Below, one piece after another: positions 10,510 to 21,793 of a stretch of DNA of 64,000 nt. The first letter of the stretch is position 1. Each line of letters opens with the position of its first letter. Both the position numbers and the translations under genes were made by a program. The notes below the pieces were generated by a model. The model saw only the letters and a list, made by a program, of their open reading frames with translations. It had not been told where the DNA came from and did not search any database. Source of the DNA: an uncultured bacterium (lineage in GTDB: Bacteria > Poribacteria > WGA-4E > WGA-3G); assembly GCA_964652195.1 (NCBI GenBank), contig CAZZBB010000076.1:16228-80227 (forward strand). Reading direction: 5' to 3'.

Positions 10510-10810
10510 TTAGACACCGTTTTGTTTTGTTTCTTAGCTGGTTATATAGTCTTAAACTATAACATGTTAGAATGGGTTTACGCAAGTTAAAAGACTTGTT
10601 AGCAGGATTATACAGTTTTATGTATTTTGGTTAGGTTTCATCACCATGAAATCTCGGAACCACTCTGAGCAATTAGTCTTACCCACAATGATACTATTCA
10701 GCTAAAACCCAGATAATTGGCGAAGGTCTTGAATAATGCTTTTTATTTAAACTGTATTGAAAAAATGACGTTAACCCTACTAAACATCAATAGAGAATCC
10801 CACAACGCAC

Positions 10811-13012
10811 TTGGCCATTCACTATTTTATTGTTGAATTAGTAGAAGGAAATATGATGTCTTGTCGGTTAGTTCTGATATTATTTCTCACCACAATTGTA
10901 TCCCCCATAAATGCTGATATAGAGAAAAAAGAGATTGTTGCCCTCAGAACAGAGGAGGTAATTGTAATTGATGGACTTCTAAATGAAAAGGATTGGTCTG
11001 AAACTCAGATAATAGATGATTTTACACAACAATATCCTCATGAAGGTAAACCATTATCTGAAAAAACAGAAGTACGTATACTGTATAATAAAGAGAAAAT
11101 CTACATATCCTTTAATTGTTTCGATTCCAAACCAGAAAGAATAGTTGCGAATGAGATGCGTCGAGACGGTAATCTATGGCAGAATGATAATGTATATATC
11201 ATGCTGGATACCTATGGTGATAAAAGACAGTGCTTCTTCTTTAGAATTAATCCGTTAGGAGCACAGTCTGACACTGCTGTAACAGATGGTGGAGAGAATC
11301 TAAACGGAAGTTGGGATTGTATATGGGAATCAGCTGGACAGCTACATGATAAAGGATGGACAGTTGAAATAGCCATTCCCTTCAATCAACTAAGGTTCAA
11401 ACCAGAGGAAACAATGGTTTGGGGTGTTAATTTTGGTAGAAATATACCGCGTACAAATGAAACATCACAATGGATTCAAGTACCCAAGAGTCAAAGTTGG
11501 CCAGGAACATTCCATCCAATTTATCAGGGAAAATTGACAGGATTGCAGGATATTACTTCACCATCCCATTTGGATGTAAAACCTTACCTACTTGGTGGTA
11601 TGGAAGATATACTTGAGGATGAGGTATGGCAACAAAGAACTGCGGGGGATCTTGGATTGGATATGAAATACAGTATAATATCCAATCTCACATTAGATCT
11701 GACATTAAATACCGATTTTGCTCAAGTAGAAGCAGACCAAGAAGAAGTAAACCTTAATAGATTCAGTCTATATTATCCAGAAAGGAGAGATTTCTTCCTT
11801 GAAGGAAGTGGATTATTTGCTTTTGAAGCGGGTCTTGGTGATTGGGGACCACCACCGCTTTCAGTTTTCTACAGTAGACGAATTGGTATTGAAGATGAAG
11901 AAGAAGTGAGAATTCTTGGTGGAGGAAAACTAACTGGTAAAGTAGAGGATTATAGTATCGGTGCTCTCAACATGACAACAGCTGCTTCTGGTGAAACACC
12001 TATGACTAATTTCTCTGTAATTCGCATGCAGAGAAATATACTTAGTGACTCAAGTGTTGGATTCATCATGACAAACAGACAAAGTGACTTCAGTGAGGGT
12101 TTCCATAGAAATGGTGGAGTAGATATTTTTATTCGTCCCCATGATCAATGGCGTATGCGTGCATTAACAGTTGGAAGTTGGTCTCCAAACCCTAATGAGA
12201 ATGATATTGCATTTTACCTATCAAATAATTGGCGAAATGAACACTTTAGGCTTAATGCATCTTATCTTGACATAGGACCAGATTTTACGACAGAGATGGG
12301 ATACATGTATCGTAGAGATATACGGACACTTCAAATTAGCACTGGGGCAAATAAACAGATCAATAGAAAATATGTACGGGATCTTGGTTCAGGCATTTCA
12401 GGAAAATATTCACTGGATAATGACAATAATTTAATTGGATGGGAGATATATATTGGAGGGGATATCTCATTTCCACAGGGTGATGGTGTAAACCTTGATT
12501 TTCAAAGATATTATGACCGTGTTGATGAATCGTTTTCTATTGAAGAAGCAGAAATACCAGCTGGTGAATACCAAATGAATCAATCCTCAATAGGCTTTTA
12601 TTCTGATGCAAGTCGTCCATTTTCTGTTTATATGGGTGGAAATTATGGAGACTTTTTTCATGGTAGCAAATTAGGATTTTATGCCGAAAGTCAATGGAGA
12701 ATTACACATCAACTCGCAATTGATACAAGGTTTGGTCAAAATTTCCTCTTCCTACCTGGGATTGACTTGTTAACAACAACGGTCATCGGTGGTCGAATAA
12801 ATTACGCATTCAACACACGGATTTTTACAAAACTATATACACAATGGAACGATAGTGCTGAAAGAGCAAGTGCAAACTTCTTACTAAATTATATCTATAG
12901 ACCTGGAAGTGATTTTTATATTGTATATAACCATAGTTGGGATACATCTAATGGGTTTAAAACCAATGCTTGGACAATATTGAGCAAACTGACAGTTCTA
13001 TTCAGTTTATAA
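10811..13012 (+). CDS. Carbohydrate-binding family 9-like / DUF5916 outer-membrane protein
   Basis: IDGLLNEKDW, TEVRILY, FRINPLGAQSD, WTVEIAIPF, LNTDFAQVEAD, FYSRRIG; C-terminal beta-barrel pattern. True start is probably the ATG near 10853. Confidence 0.82.
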   Translation: MAIHYFIVELVEGNMMSCRLVLILFLTTIVSPINADIEKKEIVALRTEEVIVIDGLLNEKDWSETQIIDDFTQQYPHEGKPLSEKTEVRILYNKEKIYISFNCFDSKPERIVANEMRRDGNLWQNDNVYIMLDTYGDKRQCFFFRINPLGAQSDTAVTDGGENLNGSWDCIWESAGQLHDKGWTVEIAIPFNQLRFKPEETMVWGVNFGRNIPRTNETSQWIQVPKSQSWPGTFHPIYQGKLTGLQDITSPSHLDVKPYLLGGMEDILEDEVWQQRTAGDLGLDMKYSIISNLTLDLTLNTDFAQVEADQEEVNLNRFSLYYPERRDFFLEGSGLFAFEAGLGDWGPPPLSVFYSRRIGIEDEEEVRILGGGKLTGKVEDYSIGALNMTTAASGETPMTNFSVIRMQRNILSDSSVGFIMTNRQSDFSEGFHRNGGVDIFIRPHDQWRMRALTVGSWSPNPNENDIAFYLSNNWRNEHFRLNASYLDIGPDFTTEMGYMYRRDIRTLQISTGANKQINRKYVRDLGSGISGKYSLDNDNNLIGWEIYIGGDISFPQGDGVNLDFQRYYDRVDESFSIEEAEIPAGEYQMNQSSIGFYSDASRPFSVYMGGNYGDFFHGSKLGFYAESQWRITHQLAIDTRFGQNFLFLPGIDLLTTTVIGGRINYAFNTRIFTKLYTQWNDSAERASANFLLNYIYRPGSDFYIVYNHSWDTSNGFKTNAWTILSKLTVLFSL

Positions 13013-13048
13013 TCAAGGAATCCAAATAAAGAATATAGAAAAACAAAA

Positions 13049-13076
13049 GGGAAGTGTCAATAGAATAACACCTCCC
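13049..13076. terminator. Weak hairpin between convergent genes
   Basis: gggaagtgt-N10-acacctccc, one mismatch. Confidence 0.35.
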
Positions 13077-13122
13077 AGCTTAATTTAAAGTCCAATTAAC
13101 CTCATGTAAATTGACTAATAAA

Positions 13123-14139
13123 TTATTCCCATGGATCTAAAATTACTTTTCCACATTCACCGGTAGCTTGCAACTCCCATGCATCTTGAACTTGACTCAT
13201 TGGAAATCTATGTGTGATATAGGTGTCAATTTTATCAGTAGATTCTTGAATGACCTTCATGAGTTTAGGAAAGAAACCAAGGTTGTAGTGCCAATTTCCA
13301 CGTAAGACAAGACCTTTACGGATCATATCACGACTTGCAGCCAATGGAAATTCTCCCCCTTCACCCACGAATGTAACCTGTCCTTTTCTCCGTGCTGCAT
13401 CAACCATCAATCGATGGGCAGCAGAAGCTCCAGAACAATCAACTGCTTTGTCAATGCCTATTCCGTTCGTCAATTCTCTAATTTTGTCAAGGATATCCTC
13501 ATCAGTTGGGTCAAGTACCTCTTCTGCACCTAACTTCTTCGCAAGCTCAGCACGATAGGGATGACTTTCAACACCAATGACACGTGCCCCTCGATAACTG
13601 GCATTGATGATACCACCTAATCCGACTGGCCCTAAACCAGTGACCATGACTGTATCTAAAGCATCAACTTCCATCTGTTCCATTGCACCGAAGGTCGGTC
13701 CGAGTCCACAACATGCCATACCACCATGTTCGAAACTCACATCATCCGGAATAGGAAATAGCATGTCCTCCATCTTATGCATATACTGAGCATAGGTAGC
13801 ACCCGCAACATATTCACCTACCATTTCTCGTATGTTCCGACCACCTGTACAGTGTATATGTTCACCTGTAACACACATATTACACTTGCCACATGCATTT
13901 TGTGGTTGTACAACCACACGATCCCCAACCTTTACACGTCCTGGTTGGGCAACTTCAACAACTTCACCCGCTGCTTCGTGCCCAAAACTTTCTCCTGAAC
14001 CACCACCTTTGAAACCCTTATATTCAGTACACATGGGGACAGCACGGATTTTTACGACCGCTACATCACCACCAGCTTTTGGATCTGGTTTATCAACTAA
14101 CCCACCTTTTTCTTCACCAAACATTGCTGCTACTTTCAT
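13123..14139 (-). CDS. Zinc-binding medium-chain alcohol dehydrogenase
   Basis: GHEAAG, structural Zn CGKCNMC...C, nucleotide-binding GLGPVG, GKVIL. Confidence 0.92.
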   Translation of the reverse strand: MKVAAMFGEEKGGLVDKPDPKAGGDVAVVKIRAVPMCTEYKGFKGGGSGESFGHEAAGEVVEVAQPGRVKVGDRVVVQPQNACGKCNMCVTGEHIHCTGGRNIREMVGEYVAGATYAQYMHKMEDMLFPIPDDVSFEHGGMACCGLGPTFGAMEQMEVDALDTVMVTGLGPVGLGGIINASYRGARVIGVESHPYRAELAKKLGAEEVLDPTDEDILDKIRELTNGIGIDKAVDCSGASAAHRLMVDAARRKGQVTFVGEGGEFPLAASRDMIRKGLVLRGNWHYNLGFFPKLMKVIQESTDKIDTYITHRFPMSQVQDAWELQATGECGKVILDPWE

Positions 14140-14295
14140 ATTATGTTTAACTCCAAGACTCTATTAATGAGCAAGAGTGTCCTCCTTCTGTGTTGTAATA
14201 ACACATTATCACATCAAATAAATTCAGTCAATGCAAATCTATAGTAAATCCATACTAATGGAGCGTCAATTTAATCATCACCCAACATAAACCAA

Positions 14296-14520
14296 GCGTA
14301 TTGGGTTTCGTCTGCTATACCCAGCCTACATAAATCATTCACGTGTGTAAATATAATACCAATTCTAATAAATAATATGCCATTACATAAAATCTATGGA
14401 ATTGAATATTATTGTAAACTATCTTCTGTAGGTGCAACCTCACAGTCGCGACTTGGTGATTGACCCTGCAAAATCTCCAAAATCAATGTAACAGTCCAAC
14501 ACTCCAGCGAAGTGCTATGT
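14296..14520. repeat. Cluster of REP-like palindromic elements
   Basis: Minus-strand GTAGGCTGGGTATAGCAGACGAAACCCAAT (14296-14330), plus-strand GTAGGTGCAACCTCACAGTCGCGAC (14428), and cactccagcgaagtgctatgt (14500), which recurs at 51463. Confidence 0.55.
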
Positions 14521-14946
14521 CCCAATACACTTTGTATGAAAAACATATAAGTACTTAATACATGCTTAAGTTATATATTTGTTAACATATGTGATTCGCG
14601 GAGAATTGGGGTAATTGAAATTATAAACCTTTATAGAATAAGGCTTCGTAGAATTGCTCCGTGAAGGTTTCCGTGAAAGTGTAATAAATTCAAGACGACA
14701 AATATTAACAGTTTTTTCAATACACAGTATCCATACATCTAAAATAACTGGAGTTGAGATGAATACTAAAGATGATACTTGAGATAAATATTGGTACACA
14801 GGTACCAATATTTAGTGAGAAAAACTTACATACCCCACAGGCAAAACACAATATAGCAGAATGTTATAAAATATGATAGAATGGACATACTAAGATTCAA
14901 CCATTAAGAATAGAATATTTAGATAGATTGGAATTGGGAACTGATT

Positions 14947-15684
14947 TTGACACCTTCAGATCTACACAAATACAAACAAAACGGATTCGTCATACTCAAG
15001 AAAATTTTCTCTAAAAAAGAATGTGATGAAGTTGTACAACATATGGAAGATCTCCATCTGGGAAATAAACATCTTGAAGGATTCTTCCAACAGGATAAAT
15101 ATGGGGCACGGACATTTAATCAGCATCTATACGACCCATTAGTTTTAAGGTTATTAATTCATCCGCGTTTACACCAACCATTATCTACTTGCTTTGGTGA
15201 TGAACCTGAAGGAATACAATCGATGCATTTTTATGAGGGTTCTGAGCACCCCTTACATCAAGATCAATATTATTTACCTGATTGTATGTCTGCATGGATG
15301 GCAATGGTAGATGTTAATGAGAACAATGGTGCTTTAGTAGTCCAACCCGGCTCAAATAGAGGTAGGTTAGTTACAAAAAATGATGTGCCAATGATCATGC
15401 AACCCAATGAGACCTATGAACAGCAACAACACAACCGTTATTTCCCCGCAGTACAAAATGTATTTAAAGAAAATGGAAATGAACTCATTCATGTGTATGT
15501 TGATGTAGGGGATGTTGTATTGTTTGATGGAAAGCTCATACATGGAGGAGCAAAAATACAAAGACCTGGAACACGCAGACATGCCTTGGCATGCCACTAT
15601 ATTCCCTATAGTTCTGAAAATTGGGAACGCGATTGGCCGAGATTTTCATTCAATGGAACTAAACGAGTACATTATAGAAAGTAA
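14947..15684 (+). CDS. Phytanoyl-CoA dioxygenase (PhyH) family Fe(II)/2-oxoglutarate oxygenase
   Basis: HxD motif LHQDQ, SAWMAM, PGSN, GDVVLFDGKLIHGG, R-H-A-L. Confidence 0.9.
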   Translation: MTPSDLHKYKQNGFVILKKIFSKKECDEVVQHMEDLHLGNKHLEGFFQQDKYGARTFNQHLYDPLVLRLLIHPRLHQPLSTCFGDEPEGIQSMHFYEGSEHPLHQDQYYLPDCMSAWMAMVDVNENNGALVVQPGSNRGRLVTKNDVPMIMQPNETYEQQQHNRYFPAVQNVFKENGNELIHVYVDVGDVVLFDGKLIHGGAKIQRPGTRRHALACHYIPYSSENWERDWPRFSFNGTKRVHYRK

Positions 15685-15863
15685 TGTGAATTCAGTATAG
15701 GGAAAACAAAGTAATCAATTCCGTAAACCTATATGGAAAAATACTAAGATAAATGGTATACTATTGTAGATATAAGTAAATAGTTCAACATAGTTTTCAA
15801 CTTAAAAATATATTTTTACTCATCTAACTGTAATATGACTTAAGAAAATTACATATAGGAGAA

Positions 15864-18491
15864 TTGTTGATGCGTAAGCTTTGGATTTTCTGTATTGGTG
15901 TAATTGCCTTTTCTTGTTATTGTCAAATTATTTCTGCTCAAGAGACTACAAATAAGGAACAACCTGCAGCTGCAAATGAAACTGATAAAAAGAAAAAAGA
16001 ATATGAGGATTTTGCAAAAGTAATTGAAGATAGTAAGAGTTATCAAGGTTTGTATAGACTCTACCAGAAAAAAGAAAACTTATACTGTGAAATAGAACCA
16101 AACCAATTAAACAAACCATTTCTATGTATGTTAAGTATCTCTCGAGGTATCGGATCAGGTCGTATATTATCAGGAATGACAATGGATGAATGGTTACTTG
16201 AATGGCGTCGTGTTGGCGACAAGGTTCATCTTGTTCGAAAAAATGTCAGGTTCCGTGCAAAAAAAGGAACACCGATAGGACATGCGGTAGATTATGGCTA
16301 TAGCGATTCAGTGCTCTTCGCTTTAAAATTAGAAAGTATACATCCCCAACGCAAAAGTCTATTAGTAAACATCACACCGGTATTTATTTCAGATCTACCT
16401 CCATTATCAGGTAGTATAGGTGGTGGCGCACGATTTGATAAAAGCAGAAGCACGTGGGAAGCAATCAAGGTTTTTCCGAAAAATGTTGAATTAAGAGTTG
16501 CAGCTGTATACTCGGCTGGTGGAAGTCGAGAAACTATTCCAGATTCACGAGGAATACAGGTGGGTATTCACTATAGTCTCGCTGCACTTCCATCAAACAA
16601 CTATCAACCCCGTTTCGCAGATGATCGTGTAGGCCATTTTATGACTACTGTAAAAGACTATTCTCTGCAAACAAGTGAAGAACCATATATACGTTATGTC
16701 AATAGATGGCATTTAGAAAAAGCTGATAAGAAAGCAAAACTATCTCCTCCAGTAGAACCAATCATCTTTTATATTGAAAAAACTGTACCCCATAAGTTAA
16801 GACCTTATGTCAGACAAGGTATCTTAGAATGGAATAAAGCTTTTGAAACTGCTGGATTTGTTGATGCGATTGAAGCACGGATTCAACAAGATCATGAGAC
16901 TTGGGATCCAGAGGATGCAAGATATAATACAATACGATGGATTGTTGGCGCTTCCTTCGCTATTGGACCTTCTCGTGTTAATCCATTAACTGGACAAATA
17001 CTTGATGCTGACATACTTGTTGGTGAAAGTTGGATTAGATATTGGCAAAGAGAATATTCTACATTCATTGAGGAATTAGAACATGAACGAGAACATCCTG
17101 TTGATCACACATCACGTTTTAACTGTCAAATGGCTGCTGGATTAGCCAGACAGATGGGATTCATGGCAAGTGTATTGCAAGCACGTGGACTAATGGATGA
17201 TGATGGTGAAATACCTGATGAATTTATCGGACAAGCACTAAAAGCTTTAATAATGCACGAAGTAGGACATACATTAGGATTACGTCATAACTTCAAGGCA
17301 AGTACTGTATATTCACTTAAAGAAATTCACGGAAGAAAAGGTGAACCACTGGTCGGTTCTGTAATGGAATATGATTCTGTAAATATCGCTCCAGAAGGGA
17401 AAAAGCAAGGGGATTACTATACTTCAACACTTGGACCATGGGATCATTGGGTAATTGAATATGCATATAAACCAGTGGGCGGTGGTTCTCCAGAGGAAGA
17501 ATTAAAAGAACTGGGTAAAATCGCCTCACGTGCCCCTGAATCAGAATTAAGATATGGCACAGATGGGGATGCTTCTATGTACCAATATCGGGATTTGGAT
17601 CCATTAGTAAATCGGTGGGATATGGGGTCAGATCCTCTAAATTTCGCTAAGCATCAAAGAGAAATCGTGTCAGAACTTTGGGATAAGATTTCTGATAAAG
17701 TCACAAAAGAAGGTATGGGGTATCAAAGAGTCCGACGGGCATTCAGATCTCTGCTGAGTGAATATAGTTCTTCAATGTTTCTCGCAACGCGATTCATAGG
17801 TGGACAATACCATCATAGAGACCATCGTGGTGATGAAAATGCACGTTTACCTTACGTTCCTGTTTCAGCGAAAAAACAACGTGAAGCACTAAAATTTATT
17901 AAAGATTTTGCACTTTCAGATGAAGCGTTTAATTTCTCGCCTGAATTATTGAATAGTTTGGCTATAACTCGTTGGAGTGATTGGGGATCAAGTAGCAATA
18001 ATTCAACACGATTGGATTATCCAATACATGATGTAATCCTCAGAAATCAATCTCAAATTATTGGACGTCTACTACATCCAAATATACTCGCTCGTGTACA
18101 GGATACTGAGTTAAAGTTTAATGAGAATGATGTATTTACATTACCAGAACTATTTAATGGGATTACAGAAGCAGTATGGGTAGATCTTGATGCAAACCCT
18201 GATGCGAAACAGTGGACAAATGCAGATGCTTATATCTCTGGATTCCGTCGCGGTTTACAACGGGAACATCTGAAGCAGCTAATTAAATTAGTGTTAGCTG
18301 CAGATAGTGGAACTCCTGAAGATGCAAGATCTCTTGCGAGACTACATCTTAGGCAAATTAACTCACGTATCCAAGATGTTCTTCAAAAATCCAAGCCACA
18401 ACTTGATGATTATACAGTCGCGCATTTGGAAGAATCACAAGTTAGAGTTGCGAAAGCGTTGGATGCTAATTTTGAAGTACTGAAGAGATAA
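15864..18491 (+). CDS. Zinc-dependent metalloprotease, EcxA/DUF5117-DUF4953 type
   Basis: Signal peptide; HEVGHTLGLRHNF zinc motif, SVMEY Met-turn, PRFADDRVGHF, GPSRVNPLTGQILDADI. Confidence 0.9.
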   Translation: MLMRKLWIFCIGVIAFSCYCQIISAQETTNKEQPAAANETDKKKKEYEDFAKVIEDSKSYQGLYRLYQKKENLYCEIEPNQLNKPFLCMLSISRGIGSGRILSGMTMDEWLLEWRRVGDKVHLVRKNVRFRAKKGTPIGHAVDYGYSDSVLFALKLESIHPQRKSLLVNITPVFISDLPPLSGSIGGGARFDKSRSTWEAIKVFPKNVELRVAAVYSAGGSRETIPDSRGIQVGIHYSLAALPSNNYQPRFADDRVGHFMTTVKDYSLQTSEEPYIRYVNRWHLEKADKKAKLSPPVEPIIFYIEKTVPHKLRPYVRQGILEWNKAFETAGFVDAIEARIQQDHETWDPEDARYNTIRWIVGASFAIGPSRVNPLTGQILDADILVGESWIRYWQREYSTFIEELEHEREHPVDHTSRFNCQMAAGLARQMGFMASVLQARGLMDDDGEIPDEFIGQALKALIMHEVGHTLGLRHNFKASTVYSLKEIHGRKGEPLVGSVMEYDSVNIAPEGKKQGDYYTSTLGPWDHWVIEYAYKPVGGGSPEEELKELGKIASRAPESELRYGTDGDASMYQYRDLDPLVNRWDMGSDPLNFAKHQREIVSELWDKISDKVTKEGMGYQRVRRAFRSLLSEYSSSMFLATRFIGGQYHHRDHRGDENARLPYVPVSAKKQREALKFIKDFALSDEAFNFSPELLNSLAITRWSDWGSSSNNSTRLDYPIHDVILRNQSQIIGRLLHPNILARVQDTELKFNENDVFTLPELFNGITEAVWVDLDANPDAKQWTNADAYISGFRRGLQREHLKQLIKLVLAADSGTPEDARSLARLHLRQINSRIQDVLQKSKPQLDDYTVAHLEESQVRVAKALDANFEVLKR

Positions 18492-18526
18492 GTAGAGTTT
18501 AATATTTCGAAATCTATTGATATGTG

Positions 18527-18558
18527 AAATCGGCGGGGGTGATACCTCCGCCGATTTT
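18527..18558 (+). terminator. Intrinsic terminator
   Basis: aaatcggcgg...ccgccgattt GC-rich stem followed by T-rich tract. Confidence 0.75.
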
Positions 18559-18603
18559 GTTGAAATTTAAAATAAGTCTTGAGGAATATATAGAAATAAT
18601 TCA

Positions 18604-19518
18604 ATGGAAGTAATGCAATATACACCAGATTTGTTAGAGTCAATAACAGACTTTTATAATAACCTTATACATAATGTGCCGTATTGTTACCCTGTATCAA
18701 TAGGTAAATTTGAATCTGTATTACAAAGTATAACTGGTAATCCTGAAGATAGTGAAGATGACGAATTAAAGGAAGAAACAGCCTATCTTGTAATTAATAA
18801 TGGTATTGTTGAAGCTTATATCCATATTGGAATCGAAACCGATGAGGATAAAAAGGAATATGGGGGAATAATCAAGTTTTTTGGCTACAAACGTGGATCA
18901 AGAGAAGCAGGACAAATCATACTCAAGAAAGCAGAAGATTTTCTGAGAACAAACAATGCCACTCGTATTTATGCTTTCTCAAAGCAATATCAATATCCAA
19001 TTTACCACTACAGATACGCACACTTGTCAAATACACTTGACCATATTGAAGCATTGTTTGGAATGAATGGATTTACACGCTGTAGTGGGCAAGTATTCTT
19101 GGATTGGAAAAATTACATTGTTAATCCTACACTATCAACTATTCCAATAGAGCTTAAACTTGATTGGAAAGATGGTAGAGGTAGACTACAGAATTGTAAT
19201 CTAACAGCATACATAGATGGTGAAGAAATTGGCCAATGTTGGACTAATTCATGTGGTGATTTTACTGATCATCAAGAGGTACAAGATTGGGTATATATTG
19301 ATTGGTTGGGTATAGAGGAAGAATATCAAGGACAAGGATTAGGGAAATATCTACTTGAATATACTTTACAAGAATTGAATAAAATCGGATATAAACACAC
19401 AACACTCAGTACAAGTTGGGATAATCATCTCGCATTTCTGTTATATACGAACTTAGGTTATCGCGTTATGGATTGGACTTACGGATATGAGAAAACATTC
19501 AAAGAAGAATCATCCTAA
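18604..19518 (+). CDS. GNAT family N-acetyltransferase
   Basis: C-terminal acetyl-CoA motif WLGIEEEYQGQGLGKYL, NHLAFLLYTNLGY. Confidence 0.88.
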   Translation: MEVMQYTPDLLESITDFYNNLIHNVPYCYPVSIGKFESVLQSITGNPEDSEDDELKEETAYLVINNGIVEAYIHIGIETDEDKKEYGGIIKFFGYKRGSREAGQIILKKAEDFLRTNNATRIYAFSKQYQYPIYHYRYAHLSNTLDHIEALFGMNGFTRCSGQVFLDWKNYIVNPTLSTIPIELKLDWKDGRGRLQNCNLTAYIDGEEIGQCWTNSCGDFTDHQEVQDWVYIDWLGIEEEYQGQGLGKYLLEYTLQELNKIGYKHTTLSTSWDNHLAFLLYTNLGYRVMDWTYGYEKTFKEESS

Positions 19519-19524
19519 TACACA

Positions 19525-19580
19525 GATATAGGATGTGGTATATTTGTTATATTGTATACTTCAATATACCACATCATATC
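19525..19580. terminator. Hairpin between convergent genes (probable bidirectional terminator)
   Basis: gatgtggtatatt...aatataccacatc 13-bp inverted repeat. Confidence 0.55.
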
Positions 19581-19597
19581 CGTAATAATATTCATAT

Positions 19598-21583
19598 CTA
19601 CCAAATGAAAGTTAATTTGGCAAAAGCTTGGTTTACTGTTTCTTTAGCATCTTGATCCCCATAAACGAGATAGAAGACAAAATTCTCAAGGAATGAATAC
19701 TTGAACACAGCATTGAGATTAGGTTTATGGTCACCCCCCGTTCGTACCCGGAATGTAATCCATTTTTCTTCGCCTATTTCAATGTTTAAGCTTGTACGAA
19801 GAGAAAATTCCTGATTTGTCTTTCCATCAGGGAAAGTCTGCCATAAATTCTCACCTTTCAACCCTATAGACAGAAATTGGAAAGGTATTATATTTGTAGC
19901 TGTAGTAAGAAATGTTGCCTTTGCACCTTCAAATTCACCATATTGTCCTACTACAAAAACCCTTGCTGGACTCTGGCGGTTATAAACAGCTTGTGCTGCC
20001 ATAACCCAATTATTGTGCACATCATAAGACCAATTCCTGTAAAACGTGCCAGTTTGCCATTTTTCTCCCAAATCAAATTCAACAAGTTGAAAATGATCGC
20101 CCCGTATCCTTTCACCTGAATGGTTCCAAGTGAGTGATTGTACGGATTCAAACTTAATAGTCTGTATAATTCCTTGCTCAATTGGCCAACGGTAGACTCC
20201 CCAGAAACTTGGCTGTCTTATGTCTGTAAGTCGTACAAACCCGTTAATAGGATTAAAACCTTCTGTAATATCTCTATAGGCAAAACTGATGATCGGGTTA
20301 CCTCTACGATTTATCTCAGTCAATATTGCACGATTGTCATCTTGGCCAGTTTCCCAATTGATTGCATAATTCCCGATGAAATTAAATGACTGGGGTAATC
20401 GAATTCTGGTATCAACAGATAACGATCTGTTATATGTCTCTTTTAGTTCTTTTGTAGCTCCAAACACACCAACAGATGATGAATTCCCTAAATCCCACAT
20501 ACCTCTTAGTAATGTATTATGACTCTTATCTTCTGTCTCTCTAACATTCATGAATCCGTATGTGGCATTTCCTAACTTTCCAATTATTTTTCCTCCATAA
20601 TCTATTTCACCAATCCGTCTGCTATAGAATAACGAAATAGGGGCACGGAAAATACGACCATCTTCTTGGAAGAATGGTCTTCTATCAGTTAGCCTTTGCT
20701 CAAGATCAGACAATACAATACCTTGTACTTCAGATTCGTTATGACTAAAATCAGGAAAGAGTGTACCAATGATTCGAGTGCTTGTATTAGGTTTATAGGA
20801 TACATCAGCTCCAATATGTGGTGATAAACGGTCAAATAAGACATCTGATTCAATAGTTCCATCATATTTGGTAGATAAATAACCGATAACTTCGTACTTC
20901 TTGTCTGAGATCTCATGAACAAACTTTAGATTCTCCAATGTTCCAAATCTATTCGCATCCGATACATTTACTCCTGTATCTGCCCAAGTACTTGTTCGAT
21001 CAAGACTTTGATGACGGCGTACTAAGTTTAACCCCCAACTTTGCTCAGTTTTTTCAGGTAAGTCAAGAATTTTATATGGAATCTTCATCTCAACAGTCCA
21101 AACTGACTCATCTATTAAAGCTGCAGCTGACCAAACACCATCCCATCCGATATCACCCTGTTTGTCATCAAGTTGTGTTCCTAAAGGATTTACTGCAAAA
21201 CAATAGGTTCGTATTTTATCATGATAGGTATCAATGTAAATTGCAACATGATCCTCAAACTTAAAACTACCATCTCTTCGTGTCTGATTAGCTATCATTT
21301 GCGAAGCTTCCTGAAAACAACGAAAGCCAACGTAGAGTGCATTATTATCATATCCGATATATATTTGTGTCTTGTCTGGAACCGTTGTCTCTAATTCAGC
21401 AACTCGAAACTCTTCAATTGGTGTTATTTGTTTCCATATTTCATCATCCACATTACCATCAATCACAGGTGGAGTTTCCAGTTTCTTTACTTCTATTGTT
21501 TGAGAAAACACTATTGAAGATTGAATTAAGAGAAAAACACAGAAAATCAATAGACCAATTCGTAGACTGTGTATTATAGTCAT
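19598..21583 (-). CDS. Carbohydrate-binding family 9-like / DUF5916 outer-membrane protein (paralogue of 10811)
   Basis: Signal peptide; PVIDGNVDDEIW, FAVNPLGTQLD, WTVEMKIPY, PDFSHNES, RPFFQE, LFYSRRIG. Confidence 0.8.
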   Translation of the reverse strand: MTIIHSLRIGLLIFCVFLLIQSSIVFSQTIEVKKLETPPVIDGNVDDEIWKQITPIEEFRVAELETTVPDKTQIYIGYDNNALYVGFRCFQEASQMIANQTRRDGSFKFEDHVAIYIDTYHDKIRTYCFAVNPLGTQLDDKQGDIGWDGVWSAAALIDESVWTVEMKIPYKILDLPEKTEQSWGLNLVRRHQSLDRTSTWADTGVNVSDANRFGTLENLKFVHEISDKKYEVIGYLSTKYDGTIESDVLFDRLSPHIGADVSYKPNTSTRIIGTLFPDFSHNESEVQGIVLSDLEQRLTDRRPFFQEDGRIFRAPISLFYSRRIGEIDYGGKIIGKLGNATYGFMNVRETEDKSHNTLLRGMWDLGNSSSVGVFGATKELKETYNRSLSVDTRIRLPQSFNFIGNYAINWETGQDDNRAILTEINRRGNPIISFAYRDITEGFNPINGFVRLTDIRQPSFWGVYRWPIEQGIIQTIKFESVQSLTWNHSGERIRGDHFQLVEFDLGEKWQTGTFYRNWSYDVHNNWVMAAQAVYNRQSPARVFVVGQYGEFEGAKATFLTTATNIIPFQFLSIGLKGENLWQTFPDGKTNQEFSLRTSLNIEIGEEKWITFRVRTGGDHKPNLNAVFKYSFLENFVFYLVYGDQDAKETVNQAFAKLTFIW

Positions 21584-21793
21584 TTTACTCCTTCAGATTT
21601 TATATCTTTTAAAATAAAATGGCACTAAATCAGATATGGTTGAGTATCATCTTATATTATGGTGATTTCAACCAAATTACTTAGTACCAGATTTTCATAT
21701 TTGTATTCTTGGGTATATTAGTTTTATATTGTTTTTTTTCTAATTGAACATTCAATTATAAATGAAAACCTTCATAAAAACCCATTATAGATA

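Noticed and set aside
14566-14808. 80-aa minus-strand ORF in the intergenic region
   Set aside because: No recognisable motif or RBS; lies in a repeat-rich intergenic stretch.
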